Source: Octopus sinensis (taxonomy: Eukaryota). From it: 64,000 bases of DNA. The number at the start of each line of letters is the position of its first letter. Position 1 is the first letter of the stretch. Below are positions 41,080 through 53,496 of this stretch, one piece after another. Under the pieces are notes generated by a model. It was given only the letters and a program-made list of their open reading frames with translations, made no database searches and was not told the DNA's origin. A program made the translations under genes and the position numbers. Location of the stretch: positions 724-64,723 of the forward strand of contig NW_021831838.1 in the NCBI RefSeq assembly GCF_006345805.1. The letters are read 5' to 3'.

Positions 41080-41445
41080 AGCTATTGGACTGTGGCCATG
41101 TTGGGGCACCGCTTCGAAGGGTTTTAGTCGAGCGATTTGCCCCAGTACTAATATATTTTTAAAGACTGATACCTCTTCTATCGATCACTATGTCAAACCG
41201 CTAAGTTACAGGTACATAAACAAGGCACATCGGTTGTCAAGTAGTGGTAACGGATAAACACTAAGACACACACACACTACACACACACATAGATACAACA
41301 GGTTTCTTACAGTTTCCGTCTACTAATTCCATTCGTAAGTTTTTGGTCGGCCCGAGGCTATAGTAGAAAAGAGACCTACTCAAGGTGTCACGCAGTGGGA
41401 CTGTGAACCCAAGAACATGTGGTTGCGAAGCTTCTTACTACATGC
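41080..41445 (-). mobile_element. Diverged CORE-like SINE
   Basis: Reverse complement of head, CORE-like region and tail all present. Confidence 0.8.
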
Positions 41446-42322
41446 TTCATAGAGAGGTAATATCTTGAGATATATTTTCGTAGCCAGTTGTGATACCTGG
41501 CTAATGTTAATAACTTTGGCTTTGTTTAACCTGCATCTGTTTGTTGTCAGTTGATGTTGTCTCTTGGACTAAGGGTACTTCGCTGGGTTGTTGGGTATGT
41601 AAGTGACAAATTAAGCGGAGTAAAAAAAAAGGGACAAAATTAAACGGGGCAACGCAGGGATGTGGTTGGTGGGGTCAAACCCATTCCGCGTCCATTCATT
41701 TTTTTGTTTCTAATTTCTCATCCGAAATTATAATATATTTATTCATGTAATATCATTCGATAAGTCCCCAGTTCCATTTGTTCCCTGTACTGTCCCTTCT
41801 TTGTTTAAGCCCTGTGGTTTTAATAAAATCATCGTTGGGTTTCTTGGTTTTGGATTGTTTGGGTTTTAATATTGCTTATTCTTTCCGAGGTCAGTTTTGC
41901 GTGTGTTTGTATGTGTGTTGTCCTGTGTGTGTATGTGTGTGTATGCGCGCGCGCGTGTGAGTGAATGTGCGTCAGTGTGTATGTGAGTGAGTATGTGTCA
42001 GTGTGTGTGTGTGTAAGAGCGTGTACATGAGTGTTTATGTACGAGAGTGTTTATGTATGAATGTGCATATGCATGTGAGAGTGTGCGTCAGTGTCTATGT
42101 GTGTGTGAAAGAGTGTGTGTGAGAGCGTGTACAGGAGTGTTTATATATGAGAGGATATGTGTATGAGTGTATGAGTGCGTGTGTGTTTGTATGTGTGTAT
42201 GAGTGTGTGTATGAATGTGTGTGTGTGTACCTGTATGTGGATGTGACAGAAAGTGTGTGTTCGTATGTGAGAGTATGTGTGTGAAGTTTTCTCGTGTGAC
42301 CACTCGTATGAGCGCCTGTATG

Positions 42323-42356
<34 letters not shown>

Positions 42357-43554
42357 TGTATGTATGTATGTGTATGCATGTATGTATATGTGTATGTATG
42401 TATGTATGTATGTATGTATGTATGTATGTGTGTGTGTGCGTGCGTCCGTGTGTGTGCGTGCGTGTGTGTTTGGATACGAGAATAAATATAAATGCGTACC
42501 CTTGTGTATGCATGATTGTATTCGTCACGTAAACGAATGCGTATGCGTGTATATATACATATATATACACATATACGTATGCATGTGTGTGTGTGTGTGT
42601 GTATGCGAGGGTGTGTGTGTGTGTGTTTATTTGAACATGTGTATGTTTGTGTCTCTTCTTTTGAAAGAGAGAAATAGAAAGAGAGAGAGAGAGAGGGGAG
42701 AGAGAGAGAGAGAGGGGAGAGAGAGAGAGAGGGAGAGAGAGAGAGAGGGAGAGAAAGATCAAGCAAGGAAAAAAAAACAAACAAACGAAACAAAAATGGA
42801 AGAACAGAACAAACAGACATACGTCATGTTTCCGCGCGTGTGTGCATTGCCGCTTGTGTTGTTATGTGTGAGTATGTGTTTTCAGTTGTATTCTAAGCGA
42901 CAGATGGATGACGAAATGTAAATAGGATCCACATCATATTGATTGTATCCATGGTAACAAGAGAGACAGAAAGGTGTGATTTTTAAAAGGACAGGTAGGC
43001 GTGCATATACATTTATTTATTTACTTTGGCAATAGTCGTCGTTGATGCTGTTGTTGCAATTGCTGTTGTTGTTGTTGTTGCTAGTTATTTTTCCTGTCTT
43101 TGCCTATTTTATTTTTTACTATTTATTATTTGCTGGCGGTTGTTGTTATTTTTGTTGTTGTTGCTGTTGTTGTTGTTGTTGTTGTTGTTGTACATCTCCA
43201 AGTGAATCTAGAGCAAGCAGACTTATGATTGAAGGCATTCTGCACATGACTACCCTGTCTGATTAGTTGTGTGTGTGTGTTTTATTTGCACACGTTTTTT
43301 TTTTACCCCATACGTAGATAGACGAAACAGCTTTTAACTGACTGCGAAGATTGAGAGAAAATGCTGCAAAATTAACTGTAAAAAAAGATTTGTCAATGCT
43401 TTAATGATCGGCAATAAAAACTGCGTAAATATTATAACAGAAAATAAGCAAGCAGAATAATCGAGATGCCATTAGATTGACACTGACTGATCATCTTATG
43501 ATATCAAAAGGAACTACAGCAAAGTCAGTAGCTACTGAGATTAGCTGAAAAGAC

Positions 43555-43872
43555 GCTTTAACTCCATCGGTTACAATGGCGATTGTTCCAGATGATCTGA
43601 TCAACGGAACAGTCTGCTCGTCAAATTAACGAGCAAGTGGTTGAGCACTCCAGAGACACGCATACCCTTAATGTAGTTCCCAGAGATATTCAGCGTGATT
43701 ACAGAATGTGACAAGACAGGCACTTTGAAATCCAGGTACATCTCATTTCTTGACAGCTGAGTGGACTGGAGAAATAAAATGCCTTGCTCAAGGATATAAC
43801 GCAGCGCCGGGAATTGAACTTACGAATTTACGATTTTGAGCCGACTATCCTAACCATTAGGCCATGCGCCTT
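43555..43872 (-). mobile_element. tRNA-derived SINE (TTGAGCAAGGCA-type central domain)
   Basis: Minus head TGAAGGCGCATGGCCTAATGGTTAGG...AGTTCAATTCCC, then GCGTTATATCCTTGAGCAAGGCA. Confidence 0.75.
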
Positions 43873-44250
43873 CATTGAAAATATATAGTGCAGATTTTTT
43901 AGCTTGGTGATCAGAGTAATTGGACACATGACCATATCAAGGTTTCAATTCACAGGCGAGGAAGTGCATTGTGTTCTTAAACAAGGCATTTAATTTCACA
44001 TTGTTCCAGTCTACTCAGGTAAAAAACGAATACCAGTAATAGCTGAGGGATAACCTGTGTGAGATTGGAGCTTCGTTCTGTGGTGGTAGTATTGTATTGT
44101 CAGGCATTTGTATTTCAAGGGAAACTGTAGGCTCATGACAGACCTAAGATCCAATATACTAATGTGTGTGCAAGTTTGTATGCACACACACAATGTATTG
44201 TCCCGTGATGGTAAGATCAACAAAAAAAGATTCCATCTGGTGAGAGATAA

Positions 44251-44422
44251 ATATTATTTGATAGACACAACACATGTTATCATGTTATCATGTGCTACTA
44301 ATAGTTTCAATTTTTAGTTCGTTATATGTGGTTTGTGCCTGATGAACATGTCTGAGTTATTTCTCAACTTATGAAACTGTTAGTAGCACATACCAACATG
44401 TATTATGTCTATTAAATAATAT
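44251..44422. repeat. Imperfect inverted repeat (44251-44309 / 44372-44422) overlapping an HHR
   Basis: ATGTGCTACTAATAGTTTCA vs TGAAACTGTTAGTAGCACAT; similarity extends outwards to ATATTATT/AATAATAT. Confidence 0.8.
44334..44390 (+). ncRNA. Type I hammerhead ribozyme motif with intact core
   Basis: Stem I TGTGC/GCACA; CTGATGA 44339-44345; stem II with TGAG/CTCA inner helix; GAA-ACT-GTT-AGT-A (GUA triplet at 44383-44385). Confidence 0.7.
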
Positions 44423-44506
44423 GTGTGTATGTGTGTGTGTGTTTATATATATATATATATCCGGGATACTCTTAAGATCAGGGACATTTATAGTACCACT
44501 CGGGTC

Positions 44507-44557
<51 letters not shown>

Positions 44558-44559
<2 letters not shown>

Positions 44560-44790
44560 TGACGACAACGTAACCTTCATTTAACTAAGATATCTTCAGC
44601 TTCATGAGGTAGCTTACCCCTCGTTGAGTAATTACTACTTCCAAATATATACATCCAAAACGGGTGAAATCCAGAGGCTACATGTTTCCTAGCTAGCAGA
44701 AGCCTGGAAGTAGTAATTACTCAACGAGGGGTAAGCTACCTCATGAAGCTGAAGATATCTTAGTTAAATGAAGGTTACGCTGTCGTCAAG
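44558..44790. repeat. Fold-back with 86-bp arms (1 mismatch) and 61-nt spacer, from a PLE pseudo-LTR-like sequence
   Basis: 44558-44643 is the reverse complement of 44705-44790; the family also occurs at 3326-3480. Confidence 0.95.
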
Positions 44791-44868
44791 AGATCCCAAG
44801 TTAACTCGCAGAAGATTTGATCGAGCACCTGGATCCTTGGATCTTACCATTACATATCGTTATAGATA

Positions 44869-45536
44869 TAACGAGCAAAACGCCCCTCGTCCAATGGACG
44901 GTACTGAGTTGTCAAACATTTAAACCAAATATCCTCAAAACAACTTGTCCGACCATCCCATAGGCCTCCCCTTTGAGAAACACTGATTTAACCTAAATTT
45001 GAGACACCAGCAAAAGAAGAAATAAATATAGACTTTTTTCTATTCCAAAGAAAAACGATTTTATTCACACAAATATGCAACCGAAGAGTTTAAAGTATTA
45101 GTAATGATAAGGCTGTTGACTGGGAGAACACAAACATGGTTTAAACAGTAAACTTGGCAGGAAAGAAACGTGCCTTTAAGCAGTACGAAAACAACAAAAA
45201 AGTTGCAGTTATGTACAGGTTGACGGAAGAAAAGCAGGACAAAAACGATGCAAGCAAATGAGTTACCTGGAGGTAAATCTAGATGGAAAAGCATGATGAT
45301 TTTTTTGCGCAAACTGCACGTGCATTTTTCTCGCGTACGCGTAGTATCGATCGCAAAAGCTTTATCGATCGCATTCTTACCTTGAATCGATTTTTGTCAT
45401 TTTTTCAAGACTTATACATGCCCTGATACCGTCGGTATCTGCATATAAAATTTGAGCGCAATCGGATGGAGAATGCCAGAGATCCTAGAAGACACACACA
45501 CACACAGACAGACAGATCAGATTTTATATAATAGAT
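44869..45536 (+). mobile_element. Non-autonomous Helitron/Helentron-like element
   Basis: 5' subterminal hairpin CGTCCA-A-TGGACG (44888-44900); 3' AAATTTGAGCGCAATCGG...(CA)n(CAGA)n...TTTTATATAATAGAT terminus, like Lep1/DINE-type elements; no TIR or TSD. Confidence 0.55.
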
Positions 45537-45579
<43 letters not shown>

Positions 45580-46810
45580 GTGTGTTAAACGGAGAATATC
45601 AAGAAACATTTTTAGAAGAGAAAACGTTTTTTTTTTATGGCCACAAGTATACAGGAGACGAACATCAGAAAACTGGTCCAAAGATACATGGAGTGGATGA
45701 GACAAAGATTTTCATGTTTGTAAGTGTTAGATTGAAATATGTTAGAGGCAGGCCATACGAAGGAAGACATGTTGCCTGAGTGATAATTCTCGCAATCCAC
45801 CTACAGGAAAAGCATTATGCTTTTCCTGTAATATAAACACAAAAGTTTGCAATTATTTCCGGAGAGAAAATCTAACACGATAAATCTCGTCTGCTAGCTT
45901 AATGTATATCTACATCTTTATATTACACATTTTTTCTGTATTAGTTAGGAGTTTAACGGAATATGGGCTGATTTTTACACATTTTAATTAAAACATCTTT
46001 TTGCATGTTGTTTCCTGCAAACTTAGTCAGATACTAACATTTTGATCAATCTTGCAAAATTAATTGTATAAATTCTCTCTGAATTACATTAATGAAATCA
46101 CTCCTCACTATTCCTCCCTATCTGCCAGTCTTTCCTCGTAATATCAATACAGTGATGTTCGTGTTTTAATTATCTCCACAGCCAATATTTATTTACAAAA
46201 ATGTAAAGAAAAAGGAAGAGAAGTAACCTTCCTGCTGCCAAATTACTAATCGAGTACATCTTAACATGTTTTATCTACATCTGTCGGTATCTATCAATCG
46301 TAAATACATATGTTTGCCTCTCTCTGTCGCTATCTATCACTGGAAGTCCATCAGTCTGTCTCCCGATTGGTGTGTTGATTGGCTTTTCTGATCGTCTGCC
46401 TCCCTGTACTTTGCTTGATGTTAGAAGGTACTTCCTGGAGTGTGAATAGGTAGGTATTGCTTGCGATTAAAGGCTGGGTGCACTTGGATAACTAAAGTGG
46501 AGTTACGAATAAAGATGAAAAAAAATGATGGTGATGATATCGATGATAAAGGTCATAATGATGATGATGATGTAGATGCTCTTGATGTTGAGGAGGAAAA
46601 GTATAGTTGCCATAAGACCATGTAAACAAAAGAATTTAAAGACTGTTTTTATCACATTTGTATGTGGAATGTTAGGTTGTCATCTATTATTTAAATCTTT
46701 GATCCAAGAGTTGTTTGTCTTTACCAGTCTGATCCGCTTCGCTTGTTCCAAGATCGCCTACGGGCAATATAAGCTAGTATTGTAGGATAACAAAACACAC
46801 ACACACACAA

Positions 46811-47086
46811 AGAAAGGCTAAGTTCACCTCGATGAGAGTTGAACTTTGAGCCACAAAATCAAGTATTCTGGGCTGAATTCTTAACCACTCTGATACTTCG
46901 CTGCCTTGTTACATACGCTTTCTTATCAATAAGAGTGTTGTAGGCTGTGATTAAAAAGCTTACTTTGCAATAACATGGTTTCAGTTTCAATCTCGCTGTG
47001 CGGCTAACCAAAGCCTTGTGAGTCAAATTTCTTTGACGGAAACTGTGTGGAAGCCCGCTGTATATATGTATATGCATATATATATA

Positions 47087-47134
<48 letters not shown>

Positions 47135-47533
47135 ATATATAATATATATATATTATGTGTGTGTGTGTATATGTGACTGCGTGTGTACCGTTGGCGATTT
47201 TTTTCCTCCGTCTTGCCTTCCTTGGATCTTTCCTGTTCCTATGTTTCTGACGAAGAGCTCCGCTCGAAACGTTAAATCCTCATTCTTTCTTTCCTTTCCT
47301 GAGCGTCCAATAACATTATACTTGTTCCACGTCCCCACGTTGTTGTGTTTTCTCTTTGTGTTTTCATGTTTGGATTAACACTATATATATATATCACGGC
47401 CAACAAAACTCTTATTAATAAGAAAACGTGTGTAACAAGGTAGCGAATTTTTCAGAGTGGTTAGAAATTCGACCCGAATACTTGATTTGGTGACTCAAAG
47501 TCCAAATCTCACCGAGGTCAACTTAGCCTTTCT
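46811..47533. repeat. Old inverted duplication: 46811-46951 / 47393-47533
   Basis: About 140-bp arms, each a SINE head plus adjacent unique flank, roughly 85% identical by eye; outer (CA)n/(TG)n tracts also mirror. Confidence 0.85.
47180..47380 (+). mobile_element. PLE pseudo-LTR-like element with minimal HHR (47243-47277)
   Basis: GTTT-CTGACGA-A-GAGC-TCC-GCTC-GAAACGTT-AAAT; bounded by TA/TG microsatellite. Confidence 0.7.
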
Positions 47534-47542
47534 ATTTTCTTT

Positions 47543-47584
<42 letters not shown>

Positions 47585-47604
47585 GCTATGTTACAATTCT
47601 AGCT

Positions 47605-47960
47605 TATTTTGCTCGTAGGCGGGGTTGATTTGTCGTGGATAATTTCGTATGCAGAACCATTACTAATTTGCAGAGGACATGCTCTTCGTCGATATTCACC
47701 CGACGGTTCATCAGTACCATTTCTGAAGCCGGTTGAATTATCACGTCAGTGGTGGAGGTTGAGGGCGTTCTGCTTCCTCTTCATGATTCACGCTCTACTC
47801 ATACACACTTCTACGCAGTAGAGCCCTGTCCTCGTATTGTTGTGAAAGTCTGCGAAGAATTTCAGCCACCGAAACACCTTCAGTCCAAGGAAATCGGATC
47901 ACTGATCTCTGTTCTTCGTTGGTGCACACTGACAGCTTTACTCTGCAGCACCAGAAAGAA
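47605..47960 (-). mobile_element. Mariner transposase N-terminal fragment (HTH region)
   Basis: LSVCTNEEQRSVIRFPWTEGVSVAEILRRLSQQYEDRALLRRSVYE, then frameshifted RPSTSTTD...EMVLMNRRVNIDE. Confidence 0.88.
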
Positions 47961-48604
47961 ACTGAAGTAATCAATGTCAAATCTCGTTTGCATAACTACA
48001 AGAGTACCGCTTTTTAGCATATAACCGCCGAAGGCAGTGCGGCCAAGCTAAAGAAGGTTTTGGCGAAGGTGTGGTTAATATTAACATACACTCCCTTGTA
48101 GAATGTCACTGACTTTTCAGTCATTGTTATCGCAAATAGCCTGCAAACTCACTAAAAATAATTATTGGCGACGGAAGCATTATTAGTATCAGAGGGCAAT
48201 CTTTATACCCAACGTAACGTGGACGTCTTGTTAGACTGCCGAATATTGCTGCATTCGCCTTGAGAGGTTCTCTTCTATACAGGCATGGTGCATAAAAACA
48301 CATACATTTATCGTAGCAGACGAGATATAGGCATGTATATATTCATCTGTATACATATACACGACTACATGCCTATACAAATATAGCCCTTCTAATAGAA
48401 AAGTTATATATATATATATGTGTGTGTGTGTGCGTGCGTGTGCGTGCGCGCGCTTGTGTGTGTTTGTGTGTGTGTGCGCATGTATGTATGTATATATATA
48501 TATTCATATAAAAGAGTATAATATAAAAATAAATAGGTATTTAATTATCATATCCGTTATCTTTATTCTGTAATTATCTATTATTGTAATCATCAATAAT
48601 TGTC

Positions 48605-48667
<63 letters not shown>

Positions 48668-49016
48668 TATTATTATTAATTGTAACCTTTTATTTATTAT
48701 TTAATAAGGTTAATTCCTTTTATTATAAAGAATAAACTGATATTTCATTGTCTTCTCCGTAATTTCTATTTTTTAATTATCCAGTAAGATCCTCGGTGAT
48801 TGTATTTGTAGTTGAATATAATAATTCCTCAGTTATTATAAAAGAAGGTTAATTCCTATAGAAGGGTTTATTATATCAAATAGATAAACAGGTAACTAAT
48901 TATTGGGACGTAAAGTATTCAAGTTTCTATAAAGCATTACGTAGCTTTTATTCTTTAGTTATCTATTAAGCATAACGTAGAATTTTTGCCTGCACTTTTT
49001 GTTCTTTAGATATTCA

Positions 49017-49197
49017 GTGACGTCACCAATATTAGATAAATATACTCGTCTTCTATGTAAGGTTTTTTAAAATTTTTATTTTTATGTAGATTTCAAATTA
49101 TTGAAAAATATGGAATTAATATGGCAGTTTTTATTTAAACATAAACAGTATGAGAGATCACTATAAGGATCTCTGGTATGCTAAAAATTGACGTCAA
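49017..49197. promoter_or_regulatory. Pair of full palindromic CRE motifs
   Basis: GTGACGTCAC 49017-49026 and TTGACGTCAA 49188-49197 in non-microsatellite DNA. Confidence 0.35.
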
Positions 49198-49497
49198 ACC
49201 GTCTTACCACTAAATCTATGTTCTCAACTTAGTAATACGTTGAACTAAATTAGTTATTCAATGACGACATCACTCTTGGTTGAATGAATGTCTAAAGTTA
49301 AAGTTGGTTTGGCGCTTCTTTTTGTCAGCGTTTTTAACAGCTACAAGTCTTTCAGATGTTCCGTTAAAATTTCACCAAAATGGATTACCTTGATAATGTT
49401 GTGTTGACATAAATTTTCATACATATTACCAATTTCAATAATATGTAACACACACACACATATATATATATATGTGTGCGTGTGTGTGAATTATATA

Positions 49498-49552
<55 letters not shown>

Positions 49553-49902
49553 TGTATGTATGTATGTAGATGTTAACGCAACTGAAAAGCTGTTGGATTC
49601 TTAAGGTGTCATCTAAAATAAAGATATGATTTTCTTAGTATTGATTGTTGTAAATATTTCGAATTTCATAAAATTCTGCACAAGGATTGTTGGATTTACC
49701 TGTCATACATGAGGATTTACTGGTATCTACTCGTTGCAAATTTAACCTTATTCCTTACACTGAGTGCTTAGTTGATATATGCCAGCATTATTAAATCCCA
49801 TTTTTTCTTTTATATACATACATACAGGCATACATTCACTCATATATATGAATATGGTATGTGTCTATCTATATATCTATCTATCCATCCATATATATAT
49901 AT

Positions 49903-49971
<69 letters not shown>

Positions 49972-49989
49972 CATACATAAGTAAGCAGA

Positions 49990-50182
49990 ATTCATGAAAA
50001 CAAAACCCCAAAAGACGAAGACAGGTGGTGTAGAAAACAACAGATGTATTAGTATAACGCTCGGGAAATTGAAAAAGTTTTTAACGTTTCGAGCCTACGC
50101 TCTTCCACAGAAAGAAACACAAAGAAACAAGGAGAGAAAAAAATGTGTGCAGTGGCTAGCGAGCCGGCTGTCTATCTACTCC

Positions 50183-50185
<3 letters not shown>
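49990..50185 (-). mobile_element. PLE pseudo-LTR-like element with minimal HHR variant (50079-50114)
   Basis: Minus: CTTT-CTGTGGA-A-GAGC-GTAG-GCTC-GAAACGTT-AAAA; its 3' end is also seen at 14605-14655. Confidence 0.65.
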
Positions 50186-50247
<62 letters not shown>

Positions 50248-50353
50248 CCACTTATATGCATAAATATACACAGATACATATCTGTCTATCTATATTCTAC
50301 CTACCTATCAGTCTGTTTGTTTGTCTGACTGTCTGTCCGTCCGTACATCTGTC

Positions 50354-50388
<35 letters not shown>

Positions 50389-50439
50389 TATATGTATGTA
50401 TGTATGTGTGGTGTGTGTGTGTGTATTTAGTATATATGA

Positions 50440-50730
50440 CGGACTCTCTTGTCGAAGACGACGTATGAATGTTCAGTTTTTTTGCCGAACGCCCTGCACA
50501 AATGATTTGTTTATAGTGATCGAATGTTCCTGCCGCACATTAGCTTACTCACTATCAAATCGACGTTGTATGAACAGGTGCACGGTGTGCCTTGCGTCAA
50601 GTGACGAAGTGATCGCTGAGCAACGTGAGATGAAGTGTTTTGCTCAAGAAGACAACGCACCAACCAGTCTAGGAACTGAAATCACGATTGCGAGATCGGA
50701 AACGCATCACACTAACAACTAAGCCAAGCG
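50440..50730 (-). mobile_element. tRNA-derived SINE related to 14290-14505
   Basis: Shared GAGCAAC.TGA.A.GAAGTG.TTTGCTCAAGAA.ACAACGCA. Confidence 0.75.
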
Positions 50731-50734
50731 CCTT

Positions 50735-50736
50735 CA

Positions 50737-50828
<92 letters not shown>

Positions 50829-50837
50829 CATCTATCC

Positions 50838-50896
<59 letters not shown>

Positions 50897-50925
50897 CATC
50901 TATCTATCTATCTATCTATCCATCC

Positions 50926-51018
<93 letters not shown>

Positions 51019-51025
51019 CCTATCT
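50735..51025. repeat. (ATCT)n microsatellite
   Basis: Directly visible. Confidence 0.97.
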
Positions 51026-51222
51026 ATTCACACACACACATACATACAGGACGTCACCAACAGCAAACAACATGAAATATAAAAAAAAACAAATGAGTTA
51101 CATATGCAAATAATGAGAGAAAAATGGAAAACAGTACAAATAATACAAAGAATACAAAGAACGACCTTTCATCAGTTGTATATTATATATACATATAAAA
51201 TATATATATATATAATATATAT

Positions 51223-51278
<56 letters not shown>

Positions 51279-51411
51279 ATATATATATATATAATATATT
51301 GGTAAAAACGGTAAGATAACAAAAGAAAGACACCACGATATTATATAAATAGAGGAAATTTATCTATAAAATAATATGTTACAATACTGAGTAATTGTAA
51401 CATTATTTTAT

Positions 51412-51490
<79 letters not shown>

Positions 51491-51609
51491 CATAAATTAT
51501 ACAGACAGACAAGAACAGAAACACCACAAGACGACACAAGAACCAATGACGGGACATCGAAGCATATATCAAGAACCAGATCATCTTAGCAATTCGGCTG
51601 ATTATGCAA

Positions 51610-52109
51610 CAGCTCAGCTACTGGGAAAGTTTGAACAGCTAAGACTCTACTCCCTGGAGAGAAGACGGGAGAGGTATGCAGTAATATATGTCTGGAAGAT
51701 CCTGGAAGGAATTGTGCCAAATTTTGGCATTGCAAGCTACACCAATGCGAGAACAGGACGACACTGCATAGTGCCAAAGATCCCAGCAATGCCATCACGC
51801 TTCAGGACCAGCTTCTGCAACAGCCTGGGTTTCAAGGGCCCACAGCTTTTTAATATTCTTCCAAAGAGTCTGAGGAACTTGCACAAAGTAGATGTAGCGG
51901 TTTTTAAATCAAAGCTGGACATCTTCCTGTCGAGAGTCCCAGATGAACCTACCTCACGGCAAGAGGTGCAAATGAGAGTAGCTATATCAAACTCCATTCT
52001 TCACCAAGTGCCACATATTAGAGGAGGTTCTTCGTAATAACAGTGTAGCACAAAACGCCGGTACATCAGCATGGCCACAGCTCTGAGCTGAAACAAGAAA
52101 AAAAAAAAA
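51610..52109 (+). mobile_element. 5'-truncated CR1-clade-like LINE 3' end with uninterrupted ORF2 C-terminus and poly(A) tail
   Basis: LRLYSLERRRERYAVIYVWKILEGIVPN...NSLGFKGPQLFNILP...FKSKLDIFLSRVPDEP...SNSILHQ*; tail CAGCATGGCCACAGCTCTGAGCTGAAACAAG(A)n. Confidence 0.88.
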
Positions 52110-52115
52110 TGTCTG

Positions 52116-52220
<105 letters not shown>

Positions 52221-52816
52221 TTGCGTGTGTGCGCGCGAGTTGGTACATACCCCAACAGACACACATGCTTGCGTTTTATTAAAACAACGAGTCCAACAAA
52301 AGGCGTTTTTTTGTTTGTTTGACTCAGTGTTTCAATAAAATATGTTCACACTCAGCATTAATACTTAATTCTAAGTGGCGTCACCCAGCGAATGAGTAAC
52401 CCTTGGATTTACATATTCCCTTCACTCATACACACGCATACACGCACACAGACTCATACACACATGCATATCGTTCTTACCTTCCTCAATTTTACATTCC
52501 CTACCCTCCCTGACTTCACTACATACTGCCGTCTGTTTCCCCACTCGTGTCCCACGTTCTCTCTGTCTCTCTCTCTCTCTTTCTCTTATACACATAACAC
52601 AATCTACAAAGACTATTGTACACCACATTTAGTGACCATCTGCTGTTATTTCGAAACAGAAGCACAATGATAAAAAAAAAAGGAACAAAAATAAAACAAA
52701 ATAAAAACAAAACAAACACAAAACAAAAACTGTTCCTAACTACATTCAAACGAAACGTACACAAAGAAAGCTTCAAAAAACTATAGCATATTTTCTTCAA
52801 TGTGGTATGTATTATG

Positions 52817-52910
<94 letters not shown>

Positions 52911-52970
52911 CATTGCATGTACACGTCCTCGTGTTGTTTTTTTTCTTGTCTTCGTTTTTGGGTTTAATTA

Positions 52971-53003
<33 letters not shown>

Positions 53004-53093
53004 ATAAGGTATGTAGAAAAAATACAGCATGGACAAGAACGTATACTCAAGAAGACGATATATATATATATGTATATATACATACATACATAT

Positions 53094-53132
<39 letters not shown>

Positions 53133-53233
53133 CATGTGTGTGTGCACATACATACGCACATAAATACAGGTATATGTGTATGTACATATATGTATTACAT
53201 ACACAAATACACAAACTCGTATACACACATACA

Positions 53234-53281
<48 letters not shown>

Positions 53282-53391
53282 ATAATATAAATATATAAAT
53301 ACACACACAAATAAATATAATATACATAATGTTCTGTTCTCTTCCTGTTGTGGAATGTTACCAGAGCGTATATTTTTTCATACTGCTACTA

Positions 53392-53430
<39 letters not shown>

Positions 53431-53496
53431 TTACTTATAATAACAATGATAATAATTGTTACTATTATTATTATTATTTAAAAAATTTTTATTACG

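Noticed and set aside
42945-42958. RFX X-box GTATCCATGGTAAC
   Set aside because: It matches the consensus, but roughly one such degenerate hit is expected by chance in a window this size and no promoter context is evident.
45600-45780. Exon ending at GTAAGT (45720) or LINE C-terminus
   Set aside because: FYGHKYTGDEHQKT weakly resembles a LINE ORF2 tail; neither reading is strong enough to annotate.
48670-48900. Mitochondrial insertion (NUMT)
   Set aside because: AT-rich only; no mitochondrial gene motif recognised in any frame.
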